This document shows, piece after piece, positions 1-12,245 of a stretch of 64,000 bases of DNA (the stretch's first letter is position 1; every line of letters begins with the position of its first letter). The notes beneath the pieces are model-generated. The model was given only the letters and a program-made list of their open reading frames with translations. It did not search any database and was not told the DNA's origin. The DNA lies in assembly GCF_964188315.1 (NCBI RefSeq), contig NC_135667.1:5704001-5768000 (forward strand), given 5' to 3'. The position numbers and the translations under genes are program-made. This DNA comes from Podarcis muralis (Eukaryota).

Positions 1-112
1 AACACATAAATACAGATATGTGCTGGGGTAAAGAAAAACCTCACATGGGGAGAAGGCAGTTGTGATGGGCTAACCTGGTTCTCTCCCCCCCTTTTTTGTT
101 CTCCTCTTGCAG

Positions 113-364
113 ATATCGTGATGATGGAGGAGGCAGCGCCCAGCGCGACCCCCCCTGCCCCCGCGCCCAGCGTCACCCCTGACCGGGAGGCGCAATACCG
201 CAAAGTGGGGCTGACAAAGGAAGTCCTGTCCATCCACACCCAGAAGGAAGAGCAGGCCTTCCTCACCCACTTCAAGGACCTCAGCCAGCTGCACGTCTTC
301 AACTCGCACTCGGGGCTGAGCTGGCAGGAGCTGCGCCAGGCGGGACCCCATGCCAACGAGCGAG
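113..364 (+). CDS. PER1: Period circadian protein homolog 1, internal coding exon (DIVMMEE...VGLTKEVLSIHTQKEEQAFL)
   Basis: Polypyrimidine+CAG acceptor at 111-112 and GTAAG donor at 365. The translation contains the PER motif VGLTKxVLSxHTQKEEQAFL, and DIVMMEE matches human PER1 DIIMMED. Phase 1/1. Confidence 0.93.
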
Positions 365-488
365 GTAAGCCTGGTGGGCAGGACGGGGGGGAGGAGGAGG
401 AGGTGGAGGAGGAAGCGGTAGAAAAGGGGAAAGAAGAAAGAGAAATGGGGTCCCCTCGTCCTCACCCTGCCTTTTCCTTGTTCCGCAG

Positions 489-1225
489 GACACAAAGGTC
501 CCCGCCAGGCGTCCCGAGGCCCAGGCTGCCGCGGACGGAGCCGGAAGTCGAAAGCCAAGCGTGTCAAGCAGAACAGGCTGGCGGAGAGTACCAGCTCCCC
601 GCAGAGCTCCGTCTCCCCTCCCCAGCCGCCCTGCGCCCCCAGCTCCTCCTCCTGGCCCCACTCTGGCAACTCCCAAGCCAGCCTTTCCGCCATGCCGTAC
701 CCGGCTGTCATGCCCACCTACCCCATCCCCGTCTTCCCCCCGCGGCCGGCCGCACCCCCGGTCACTGAGCCCTCCCAGAGCACCCTGGCTGCCCCCCAGT
801 TTCCCACCCCACTGGTCACCCCCATGATGGCGCTCGTGCTGCCCAACTACGTCTTCCCCCAGATGCACGGCCCCATGCCCCCGCAGCCCTACTTCGCCGC
901 ACCCCCTGTGTTCCCCTTCACCCCTCAGCCAGGGAGCATGCCCGTCGTCGTCCCCGAGGCGGGCACGCAGGCCCCGTCACGCTCCTCCACCCCGCACTCG
1001 CTGAGTCAGCCCGAGCGGCCTGAGTCGCCTCTCTTTGAGTCGCGCTGCAGCTCCCCGCTGCAGCTCAACTTGCTGCAGATGGAGGAGATGCCCAAGCTCT
1101 GCGACCGTCAGGAGGCCGCTGGTGGAAACCAAACAGGGCCAGCTGGGGCCACCACCGACTGGGCCGTGGTGACGGGCGGGCAGAGTCTGGCGAAGGAACT
1201 CAGCACTCAGAAAGAAGCGTGCATG
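489..1225 (+). CDS. PER1: PER1 coding exon (basic NLS-like RSRKSKAKRVK, Pro-rich region, LFESRCSSPLQLNLLQMEE)
   Basis: Acceptor ttccgcag at 488 and donor GTGAGT at 1226. The frame continues from the previous exon and contains PER motifs PLVTPMMALVLPNYVFP and SRCSSPLQLNLLQ. Confidence 0.93.
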
Positions 1226-2086
1226 GTGAGTCCCAAGGGATGGGGGGGGGGCTGGCTTTCTCCCCTGGGGCACTGTCAGGCCCTTTGGAAGGGCAAACGA
1301 CCCAACATTTATTGATTTTTAATTTATGTTATTTCACTTACATCCCACCTTTCTTCTAAGGAGCTCAAGGTGTGACTCACATAATTCTCCCCCTTTCATC
1401 TTCACTATTATCCTGTGAGGCAGGCTAGGCTTAGAGGCAGTGATACTGACTCCCAAGGTCACCCAGTGAGCTTTATTGGACAAGTGGGGGTTTGGACCCT
1501 GGTCTCCCAGGTCTTATTCCGACACTGCGCCACACTGGCTCTCCACACCACAAAATCCAGGTGTTCATCATCTTTCCACTTGAGAGAACTGAGGAAACTG
1601 CTGGGGTTCGGATTTTTTTTTGAGAGAAAGTCAGAGGGGGGTCTTCAGATGAAGGAGCAGAGGTTCCTCTCCCCCAAAGCATTGAAATCTGAGAGCCCTG
1701 GAATGCATTCAATAAGAACAACGAACTTTCTCCTTCCAACCGAGGTCAGAGAATGACGTCACAAATTCCTGGATCTCTCCTGCCCTTTCCCCCATGGCTG
1801 GGGGGCTCATTCCTTCCCCTTCTTCCCTACCCGCCAAGGGGCTTCCCACACAAACTGGAGGATCAGAGGGGCAGCTTGCTTCCTCTGGGGTATCTCCAAG
1901 CAGAAGGCTGGAACAGCAGCATCTCCAGCTCAGGCTGGGAGCGTTTCCTGCCTGAAGCCCTGGAGAGCTGCTGCCAGTCAGTGTAGTCGGTACTGAGTTA
2001 AATGGATGAATGGGCTGACTGGATCAGGCAGCCTCCTTTCTTTCCATCCCATTGCTTACATTTTGAATTAGATATGTACGGGGGCT

Positions 2087-2329
2087 TCCTGCCACCTTAG
2101 CAGTTCGAAAGCACATCAAAGTGCAAGTAGATAAATAGGTACGGCTCCGGCGGGAAGGTAAAAGGTGTTTCCGTGTGCTGCTCTGGTTCGCCAGAAGCAG
2201 CTTAGTCCTGCTGGCCACATGACCCGGAAGCTGTACGCCGGCTCCCTCGGCCAATAAAGTGAGATGAGTGCCGCAACCCCAGAGTCGACCATGACTGGAC
2301 CTAATGGTCAGGGGTCCCTTTACCTTTAC
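2087..2329 (+). mobile_element. Sauria SINE, 5'-truncated (PER1 intron)
   Basis: Body GCAGTTCGAAAGCAC...GTAGATAAATAGG and (ACCTTT)n tail, shared with other copies in the window. Confidence 0.85.
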
Positions 2330-2547
2330 TTATGTATGGGGGCACCAACATGTTTTAAGTGCTTAGGGCCTCTAAAAGTCTTAATCCGGCTGTGCTGTGC
2401 GCGCGCTCCCTCTCTTTCTCTCCCTCCTGTGGTGGCTAATGGAGCAGTGAGGTTGGAAAGGGCGTGAGAGCTGTTGAGGCAGCGACCTTCCTGCTTTGGG
2501 CCTCTGACCTAACCCTCCTGCTCCCCTGCCTCTTCCGCCCCTTGCAG

Positions 2548-2725
2548 GCAGAAGCGCACGACTCCTCCAACAACGATGCGCTCTCCAGCTCCAGCGACCT
2601 CCTGGACCTGCTCCTGCAGGAGGACTCTCGCTCCGGCACGGGGTCGGCTGCCTCCGGGAGTGGCTCGGCCTCCGGCTCCATGGGATCCGGTTCCAACAGA
2701 GGCAGCACCTCCGCCAGCGGCACCA
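2548..2725 (+). CDS. PER1: PER1 coding exon (DALSSSSDLLDLLLQEDSRSGTGSAASG)
   Basis: Acceptor cttgcag at 2547 and donor GTAAGT at 2726. Contains the SSDLLxLLLQED motif and the S/G-rich tract. Confidence 0.93.
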
Positions 2726-3637
2726 GTAAGTCATACTCCTCCGGCGTGTGGTGTGGGTCTCATGGAGTGAGGCTTTCTCTGTGAACTGGCTCAGTATTGT
2801 CTCCACCAAGATTTCCCAAATTGGGGTCTCCTGCTGTTGTTGGACTACAACTCCCATAATCCCTAGCTAGTAGGATCCAGTGGTCAGGGATGGTGAGAAT
2901 TGTAGTCCTAAACAGCTGGCTTGGGAAACGGTCTGCACAACACCTGGCAGCGGTGGGTGGCTCTGTAGGGTTTTGTGTGGGGTATTACCTGGCGATACCA
3001 TTTAACCCAGGATCCCCTGCGCACCAGGCACATGCTCTGCCACTGAGCTATGCCACAAGCAGGGTGAGCACAGTGGCCTTCTCGCACTTGTGATCCCCAG
3101 AGACTGGTATTTGGAGGCACGCTTGCCTCTGATCATGGTAGTTCGTCCTCTCTCACTACCAACTTCCAGGAGGAATCAAAGAACATCCCTGTTTACCCAG
3201 GCCAATTATATGCTGTTGGGAAGTCCTCAGCACAGGAACCTGCCTTATACCAAGTCTGACCATTGGTCTGTCTAGCTGACTGCTGCTTCCACTGACCAAT
3301 GGCTGTCCAGGGTTTCAGGCAGGGAGTCTCTCCCAGCCCCTGGAGATGCCAGGGGTTGAACTTGGGACATTTTGCAAGTAGAGCAGGCAATGAGCGCCAG
3401 CCCTTGAGTGCTGGTGGATGGAAGAAGCAGGGCTGTTGAGCTGAGCATGAAGGCAGCAGTCCCTACACTTGTCTTCAAAGGAAAAAATGGTGCCTCCTCC
3501 ATCTTGCATGGCGATATTCTTAGCACGTCCCAAATGTGAGGGTTTGAGAGCTCCTGAGTGGAATGGACTGGTCACACGTGCTGACACTCCTTTTGGGGTT
3601 CCTGATTGTGTCTTGACCGGCTCCTCTTCTCTCCCAG

Positions 3638-3830
3638 CGAGCAGCAAGAGCAGCGGCACCAGCAAGTACTTTGGAAGCATCGACTCCTCCGAGAACGACC
3701 TGCGGGGCAAGAAGCGGGCGGAGGTGGAAGACAACGAGCACTTCATCAAGTACGTCCTGCAGGACCCCATCTGGCTGCTGATGGCCAACACCGACGACAA
3801 GGTCATGATGACCTACCAGCTCCCTGCCAG
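3638..3830 (+). CDS. PER1: PER1 coding exon (TSKYFGSIDSSE...FIKYVLQDPIWLLMAN...MMTYQLP), Period_C region
   Basis: Acceptor ctcccag at 3637 and donor GTGAGG at 3831. Conserved Period C-terminal motifs; phases join the neighbouring exons. Confidence 0.95.
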
Positions 3831-4255
3831 GTGAGGAGGCTGAGCTGCTCCCAGGCAGATCCCCTTTCCCATCTCGCCATGGAAGTTGCCAGGCTGCCAC
3901 TGCCTCTGGTGGGCACTTCCCTTCCAGGCTTTGTGCTGCTTGTTGTCTCTTGACCCAGAATCCCTTCACCCCAGCAGAGAAGGGTACTCAATGTGGCAGG
4001 GTTGTTGCAAGTGCCAATGAAAGAGATCTGGCTTTTGTTTTCATGGGTAATTTAATACCCGAAGCAGTGGGAGGAAAGACTTAAAGCTTTGAGGGGAAGA
4101 TTTTAGCTTGCTCTGTCTCTTAAAAAAAAAAAAAGTCGCTGGCCACTTCCATTCATTCTGGCCTCATAGCCAGGAGGATTTTGGCTCCATTTCCCTCCCT
4201 CTCACTGCCCACTGCGCCTCTTTCCTGACCCATTTGTCCGCTTGCCCTTTGCCAG

Positions 4256-4406
4256 GGACCTGGAAACTGTTCTGAAGGAGGACAGGGAAAAGTTGAAACA
4301 GATGCAGAAGCGGCAGCCGCGATTCACCGAGGAGCAGAAGAAGGAGCTGGCCGAAGTTCACTCCTGGGTCCAGAAGGGGAACGTGCCCAAGGCTATCAAC
4401 ATCACG
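4256..4406 (+). CDS. PER1: PER1 coding exon (DLETVLKEDREKLKQMQKRQPRFTEEQKKELAEVHSW), CRY-binding region
   Basis: Acceptor ttgccag at 4255 and donor GTAAGG at 4407. Matches the conserved PER C-terminal helix. Confidence 0.95.
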
Positions 4407-4747
4407 GTAAGGAGTGTGACGGGTGGTGTGTTTGGAGTGAGCAGTGCAGAAACCAGAATGGTGTCTGTGTGCCGTTTAGCGAGCATGGGTGCTTTTCTGT
4501 CGGCAGGAGAGTTCTCAAACTTTGTGTGTGCCTCTGATGAGATTGAGTGGTTCTGTTCCTACAGCAGCCTAGATTCCTCATAATTGTGTCCATAACAGTT
4601 GACAGCCTCTGCAGCCTGTAAGGGAACGTCTGCTGGGCAGTGAGAACAAGTCCCTAGACTTTGCGTGTGAGATGAGGCGGCTCTCCCAGATCATCGAGTG
4701 TGGGCCAGCTGCTCACCGTCTTTCTTTTCCCTCCCTTTGAACCCCAG

Positions 4748-5005
4748 GCTTGCATGGACTGCGGGAGCAACCCTTCCTCCAAAGTGGCCCCTCTCTACGA
4801 CGTCGAGATTCAAGACATGGACTTGAACGGCATGTTGGAGCCCATGGAGGAGGGCAGCAGCGCGGGACAGGTGTGCCTGCCCTCCTTGCCCCCCGAAATG
4901 GCCATGGACGAAGAGGAGGCTGGGGCAGAGAGAGGACAGCAGCAGCAGCAACAACAACAGCAGCCGCCAACTCCAGCCGTGGAAGTGGTGCAGGACTCAG
5001 GCTGA
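4748..5005 (+). CDS. PER1: PER1 terminal coding exon (ACMDCG...LEPMEEG...polyQ...stop)
   Basis: Acceptor accccag at 4747. ACxDCG and LEPMEEG match the human PER1 last exon; TGA at 5003-5005. Confidence 0.9.
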   Translation, partial: ACMDCGSNPSSKVAPLYDVEIQDMDLNGMLEPMEEGSSAGQVCLPSLPPEMAMDEEEAGAERGQQQQQQQQQPPTPAVEVVQDSG

Positions 5006-8000
5006 GCTGGCAAGCCGCAGACTCCTTTCTCCCCCAAATCGGGAGCCGCTCCTACTTGCCCTGAGCAGGGTGCTGCTGGACAGCAGGGCTCAGAGGCAGG
5101 TGCTGGCCGCAGGTCCTTGTAGGATCTGCCGCTGCAGCCCCACCTCCCTGGCAACAGGGAGAGGAAGCTCACATTGTGGGTGTTTTCGGGACCGTGGGAC
5201 GGCTGCCTGGCCCACAGAAGAGGAAGCTGCAGGACTGTGAGCCCAGGCACCAGCTGCTTCAGGTGTGGAAGCGCCGCCTGGCCTGGCCTGCTTCCAGGGA
5301 TATGAGACATCCCTCTGGACCTTTATCTGCCGGACCAGCCGCCCCCAATCCTTGCTGCCTTATTAAGGATTTGGACACAGACAGACAGCCCACAACATTG
5401 GGCGTGGGAGGGACCGGGTTTTTATGTATTTATTTTTGCAGAATTGTCTGTCGGTGTTGTTCAGTGTTTCTTTTTTTACTGATCTGCTGCTGTGCTCTTG
5501 AATGGGCCTTCGTGCAGTCCCAATGATAATAATAAAAAAAAAAACGAGAAAAGGAAAGAGAAAGAGGTTGGTGGCCTGCGGAGAATTATCGTTGATGCAC
5601 ACCCTGTGCCTGGTCCCCCACATTCAGTTGCCTCCTTGTTGTGATCTGGCCAGAAAGTGGAGGTTTCTTCTGAATACCCTTCAAGAGCTCCCCTAAGCAA
5701 GAGCCCAGGGTGGAAGCAAGAGAAAGGGCCCTGAAATGTCACCACCATCTACCCACTGCCACCGCCGAACTGCCAACGCTCCTCTCCTGCTGGTGCCTCT
5801 TTGCCAGGGTCATCTCCCACATTCGCACAGCTCAGTTTTGTCAACTGGAAGAAAAAAATGGGCCAAAGAGCGTTGCGCTACACATATACCCCCACCCCCT
5901 CTTTTCGCCTGATCTCGGCAGCCTTGCCACCAAGCGGCCTGTGAGTGAGTGAGGGGGACGTGTTATTTCAGCTACATAAAGAGCACACCTCTTACTTCTT
6001 GTGTTTCCAAAGAGAGCCTGGATCTACCTGTGCAGAGAGTCCCCTTCCTGCCTCCCCTTCCTTCTCCACATCCTATTGATTGAACTATTTATATATCCTG
6101 CTCCTGTTTCCGGAGTAAAACAGGGAAGGTCCAGGGATTTTCTGTGGACTGTCCCATGGACAGGTGAGGAAATTGGACTGAACTAGCAAGCCATTTTGGG
6201 TTGTGCCTCTGGATGGAAAACCGGCCTCTTTTGGGGTTTCTGTGGGGCTTTTTGGAGCGCGGGGACAACACTTGATTCTCCCCTCCCTCCCATTCATTTT
6301 CTTGTTTTCAGTTCCTAATGTGCTTCAGCTGGCCTTGTTGCGTTTCAGAGGCAGGGCGAGAGCCCTTAACAGAGCAGAGAAGTTCCACCTTTGGCACACG
6401 ATTCCATGCTGCTGCTCTTTGCCCGCATCCATGTCCGAAGCAAAAAGGGGGAAAAAGCAATTTTCAGTTTCCTTTCTGCCTTTTTGAACCAGCCAATGAC
6501 TTTGAATGATTTGTGCATATGGCAAAGCCTTGCTAAGGTTTCCAGGTTTCCAAAGAGAGGAAGGGTCTCGCCCCCAAACTTAGTACTTGGTGACAAAAAC
6601 ATCCTACCCTTTTTATCAATTGGAGGGCAGCAAGCCAAGCCAGCCTTAACAGCGACCCCGGCAAGAGTGTTGGGTTGTGCCTCTCCTTGACAATCCCACA
6701 AATGGGTGGGAATCGTCATTTGATTTTGATTGCTGCTAGTTACATGAAAAGAGAATCTCTGTCTTCAACCGCACCCCCTTCCCATGCCCCAGTCCAGGAA
6801 ACTTACCGTATTTTTCCATGTATAAGACTAGGTTTCCCCCCTAAAAAATGTCAAAAATTTGGGGGCGTCTTATACATGGATACATCTCCCCCCATTTTCT
6901 TAAATCGGAGTCCCTAAAAATAGGGGGTGTCTTATACATCGGGGCATCTTGTAGATGGAAAAAGACGGCAATTGGATTCTTGTTAGGGTAGCCAGAGTGA
7001 CTTTTAAGTTGCAATCCTCTATTTACATATGTAGGATTTAATCCTCCTGAGCTCATTGGGGTTTATTTCTCAGTAGACGTGTGCTGTAAACTAAGCTATT
7101 GTACCAGCAAGCATTCCACACCAGCAGTCCTTTCAGAAATCCTCTAAAAAGACTATTATTCTCTCTCCCACCTCGACCTTAATGAATGTTACTGTGTGTT
7201 TTAGGATCACTCAGGGTGGAACTGGAAAAGTGATTATCTTTGCCCCAAAGGGACCAACAGTAATGCTCCTTTGTTGGCTTTGAAGAGCAAACCACATCAC
7301 CCCTTTCTGCTATTTGCCCAACAAGCATTGGCTTTGCAGCTTCTGGGCTGTGTGAATCCCTGGAGGTGACCTGTGTGCTGGATTTCCAGAGACGGGGGTA
7401 ACCCTTACGAGTCACGTGTGACACCGAGTCAGAACAGCTTGCCTGAATCCACTGTCAATATCTCTAGTCGTAAAATCCTCCTGGCTCTGATCATCTTTGG
7501 ACACCCGAAAGCAATTTGTGTGGTTCGTGATGGGTGAATGCTATGAGCCATTTTGCAGCCTTTTCTTACTGCAAGAGAAAATTGCATTTCCAGAGAGCCA
7601 ATGTCTATAAATGCAACGCACACAACTAAAAGTGGCTATTGTAGAAAACTAGCATTTTCTGGTGTTGCTGAGCTTTCAGAGGTTAGCAGAACATGTCCTT
7701 TTGCTTTCCACAAAATCTCTTCAGTGTGAATAACTTGGTAAGACCAGGCGGATGCCAGTTAGTGCCTTGCAAAGGGCTGGGGAGTGGACCTGTGACTCCG
7801 ACTGCATTGGCCTTTGGACATTTCGATCCCTTGAGATGTGAACTTCTCCCTTTAAAGCTCTTCAAAATACAGAACTGGTTAGAAGTGCACCGATTATGGA
7901 AGTATTTTAATCACATCGCCTTTTCGAGGTTGCAGACATTTACTTGAACGACAAACACTTATTCACCGCTTGTATCTGATTTTCCCTTCTGCAAATCTCT

Positions 8001-8280
8001 GACCAAGCCAAAAGGAGGGAGCCTCAAAGTCTCCAACTTTCCTTGCTTAGAATTAACTATTTCCCCCACGACTGCCCAGAGAAGAAACCTCTTTTGCTCA
8101 GTGCGTTTCTTTGTTGCATGGTCAATGGAAAACCCTCCTAAATCTGGGGACTCATAAGCTTTAATATTTACCGCCTTTTGTGGGGAAGGGGTATATTGGA
8201 GCATGCTGCTAAGAGAGTATTGTTTTTAAAGCTTTCTCTTTCGGAATGGGACCTCATTAATATTTCCTACTCTCTGTCTA

Positions 8281-8650
8281 GGGACGCAGGTGGCGCTGTG
8301 GGTAAAACCTCAGTGCCTAGGACTTGCCGATCGTATGGTCGGCGGTTCGAATCCCCGTGGCGGGGTGAGCTCCCGTCGTTCGGTCCCAGCTCCTGCCCAC
8401 CTAAGCAGTTCGAAAGCACCCATAAGTGCAAGTAGATAAATAGGTACCGCTTTATAGCGGGAAGGTAAACGGCGTTCCGTGTGCTGTGCTGGTGCCGGCT
8501 CGCCAGAGCAGCTTTGTCACGCTGGCCACGTGACCCGGAAGTGTCTTCGGACAGCGCCGGCTCCCGGCCTCTTAAGTGAGATGAGCGCACAACCCTAGAG
8601 TCGGTCATGACTGGCCCGTACGGGCAGGGGTACCTTTACCTTTACCTTTA
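8281..8650 (+). mobile_element. Sauria SINE, full length
   Basis: tRNA-like head GGGACGCAGGTGGCGCTGTGG...GGTTCGAATCC and (ACCTTT)n tail. Confidence 0.88.
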
Positions 8651-8876
8651 CTCTCTGGAGAACTGGGAGAATTCTACCCCAGGGAGATTCTGGCTTTGAA
8701 CACTATGAACTGTACATTATCAAGGGGAAGGGCATTTTGCACAAAGCTGTGACGCGGGTGGGGACGGGGACATAAAGTATCAGCTCCTCTGTCCCCTACT
8801 GTGACCCCCAAAGAACAACGGCGTATCTCTGCCATTGGTTTGTGGTGCAATATCTGTGAATCTCAGTCTGTACCCA

Positions 8877-8882
8877 AATAAA
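8877..8882 (+). promoter_or_regulatory. Candidate distal polyadenylation signal of PER1
   Basis: AATAAA followed by T- and GT-rich sequence. Another AATAAA lies near 5530, so usage cannot be determined from sequence. Confidence 0.3.
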
Positions 8883-9177
8883 GCACTTTTGTTTTTTCAT
8901 GCAGTGTCCCAGGCATGTTTTGGAGAAGGGAATGTTTGCAAAACTGAGTGGTGGTGTAGACTGGGTTGGTGGATTGTGTATCACTGTGTTAAGATTATTT
9001 ACTCACAAGGAGTGCCTCTGCTGACATCTGCAGAATTATCCCTTCTCTGCTGTTGGCCTGTGAATGTTAATACTAGCATTCCACGTTTCCTATTGCTGTG
9101 TCTCTTACCACCGTGATGCTGAGAAAATAGAATGGTTTTGGGAATTTAGGAACATTGTTTTGCAGTACCTTAAAACG

Positions 9178-9485
9178 TAGCAAAAATCTCCACCCCCATC
9201 GTTCAGCCTGGACACTGAGGTCCAGCTCCGAAGGCCGCCTGGCAGTTCCCTCCCTGCGAGAAGTGAAGCTACAGGGAACCAGGCAGAGGGCCTTCTCGGT
9301 GGTGGCGCCCACCCTGTGGAACGCCCTCCCCTCAGATGTCAAGGAAATAAACAACTATCTAACTTTTAGAAGACATCTGAAGGCAGCCCTGTTTAGGGAA
9401 GTTTTTAATGTTTGATGTTTTATCACATTTTTAATATTCTGCTGGGAGCCACCCAGAGTGGCTGGGGAAACCCAGCCAGATGGGC
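9178..9485 (+). mobile_element. L2-type LINE 3' fragment
   Basis: RAFSVVAPTLWNALP...TFRRHLKAALF. Confidence 0.8.
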
Positions 9486-9632
9486 NNNNNNNNNNNNNNN
9501 NNNNNNNNNNNNNNNNNNNNNNNNNNNNNNNNNNNNNNNNNNNNNNNNNNNNNNNNNNNNNNNNNNNNNNNNNNNNNNNNNNNNNNNNNNNNNNNNNNNN
9601 NNNNNNNNNNNNNNNNNNNNNNNNNNNNNNNN
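9486..9632. other. Assembly gap (run of N)
   Basis: 147 N characters. Confidence 1.
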
Positions 9633-10407
9633 TATTACCAAATCAGCCTTTAGGATTTAACATCTGGCGTTTTTGTGCAATAATTTGTAAAACTGGGCAG
9701 ACCAGCATCAAGGTTTGCAAAGGACAAGAAAACTATGCGTATCAATCGACCTGAGCTCTGCTTTTGGCTTAGTGAACAGGGTCTTCCTTTGCAATACACT
9801 TGCACATGCTCTGTCAGTATCCAACTGAGACATGAGACCAGTTCCTAGGTGGTCTCAAACTATTGTTTTCCCGTAGAGCAGAAACCAACCTGTTGCTTTC
9901 CTGATGAACGTGAGAAGAGCCTACTGGATCAGGCCAGTGGCCCCTCTCATCCAGCACCCAACCAGATGCCTACGGGAAACCTGCAAGCAGGATTTGACCC
10001 CAAGAGCCCTCTCCTGTCCTGTAGTTTCCAGCAACTGGTATTCAGAGACATTGAAGGCAGAGCATAGCCATTTTGACTAGCAGCCATCAATAGCCCTTGT
10101 GCCTCCAGGAATTTGTCTAATCCTCCAGATGTTTTGGACCACAGCTCCCATCCCATCATATGGTCCCACTGGCTGGGGCTGATGGGACTTGTAGTCCAAA
10201 ACTGTTTGGTAAAGGCTGCTGAAAGAGTAGGGCCAGAGCTTTTCATGCTGGTGACACACTTTTTAAGACGTGCATCATTTCGTAACACAGTAATTCAATT
10301 TTACTAGCAAAGCAGAGGTTAAACTACCGTAACTCCTTTCCAGCCCCAGGAGGAACGCAGAGAGCGTTCTTCTGACACATCTACACACTGCAGCCGACAC
10401 ACTAACG

Positions 10408-10655
10408 CAGGGGTCAGCAAACTTTTTTAGCAGGGGGCCGGTCCACTGTCCCTCAGACCTTGTGGGGGGCCGGACTATATTTTGAAGAAAAAAAATGAAT
10501 GAATTCCTATGCCCCACAGCCCAGAGATGGCATTTTAAATAAAAGGACACATTCTACTCATGGAAAAACACGCTGATTCCCTGACTGTCCGCGGGCCGGA
10601 TTTAGAAGGCAATTGGGTTGGATCCGGGCCCCAGGCCTTAGTTTGCCTACCCATG
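10408..10655. mobile_element. hAT (Charlie-like) MITE
   Basis: Imperfect TIRs CAGGGGTCAGCAAACT / AGTTTGCCTACCCATG; 8-bp TSD CACTAACG. Confidence 0.85.
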
Positions 10656-11296
10656 CACTAACGTGTCACAACACACAGCTTGGAAAGCTCCGGAGTAAGA
10701 GGTGTGTGTGTGTGTGCATGCATTTGGGAACTGACTAACAAAATCTGAAGAGCTGGAGGAGGTAGGAATGCCTTTTCTGTCTCCACATGAATCACATAAT
10801 CAAAAAGGGCTTTCATTCCTGCCCTCCCATCTTCTCTTGAAGATAACAAAACTGATATATGCCGATAGTATTAACTGCATGCTTTTCTCACACATGTGGC
10901 TCAGAGTCATAGACTGAAGAAACAACCTGGGACTTCATGCGCAAAGGGAACCCCACACCTTGAAGCTGAAGGTGCGCCTGTTTGTCGAGTCCTTCATGCC
11001 GCCTGTGTTGCCATGGATGGCTTTGCCGTAGAACAAGTGAAAAGTTTTCGATTGATTTCTTAGTGTATATTGTTCCACAACAGCTTCAAGATCAACACAT
11101 CTGATCTTGAAACTTGTCTGGGGCAAGAAAGGGACTTTGGAAGTTCCAACTTAAAATGCCCTATATCATTCCTTTGTACTACCTTTTAAACCATCCCAGT
11201 GTGGCATAAACGATCTCTCGTCCATCATTCTCTCCCTCCCCCCATTTATCCTTATACCAGTCCTGTAAAGTGGACCAGAGAGTGATTGGCCTAAGG

Positions 11297-11552
11297 CATG
11301 GGTAGGCAAACTAAGGCCGGGGTGCCAGATCTGGCCCAATCGCCTTCTAAATCTGGCCGGCAGACAGTCTGGGAATCAGCGTGTTTTCACATGAGTACAA
11401 TGTGTCCTTTTATTTAAAATGCATCTCTGGGTTATTTGTGGGGCATAGGAATTCGTTTATCCCCCCCCCAAAAAAAATATATATAGTCCGGCCCCCCACA
11501 AGGTCTGAGGGACAGTGGACCGGCCCCTGCTGAAAACGTTTGCTGACCCCTG
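11297..11552. mobile_element. hAT (Charlie-like) MITE, opposite orientation
   Basis: Same family; 8-bp TSD GCCTAAGG. Confidence 0.85.
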
Positions 11553-12087
11553 GCCTAAGGTCATGCAGGGAACTTCAAGGCTGAGATTTGAAACTGCCCA
11601 TCATCCATGGTCCTGGTCTGATGAATTGAAAAAAAAAAAATCATGCTGGCAAAATGTATGTCTCTGAAGCATAGATATTTGAAGATCTGGGAATAATCCT
11701 GAATCCTTTTTGACCCAACGTTTTAGCATCAAGCACTATGCTATGTGCTGAAGTGATGCTACATTTAATCAGGTGAAACTCCAAAATGTTTCACATAGCA
11801 GCTATTTTAAGAAGAGTCGCCAGACAACCAGTTTGGACACAGTTGCAATATGGAGTGGTTTGCCTTCATGCCTGTGAACGTTCACTAGAAATAATAATAA
11901 TATTAACAACAACCTTTTGTTGCTGTAGAATTTGAGGCTACCAAGAAATCAGAGGATCTATTTGAGAGGCACTAAGAGAAGAATAGGTGAAACATCCGGC
12001 AGACTTCTGTTCCATCACAATATTGTGTTAATAAAAAGCATCCTAGAGTCCCAGGTGTATTTTGATTAACTTACCTTTGCTCCTCTG

Positions 12088-12245
12088 CAGTGGCGTAGCG
12101 TGGGGGGTGCAGGGGGGGCCGGCCGCACCGGGCGCAACATCTGGGGTTAGGGCAAATCCACAGGTTAGGGGGCGCAAATCCACGGGTTAGGGGGCGCAAA
12201 TTACTTGCCTTGCCCCGGGTGCTGACAACCCACGCTACGCCACTG
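12088..12245. mobile_element. hAT MITE
   Basis: TIR CAGTGGCGTAGCGTGG; 8-bp TSD CTCCTCTG; internal GGTTAGGGGGCGCAAAT repeats. Confidence 0.85.
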
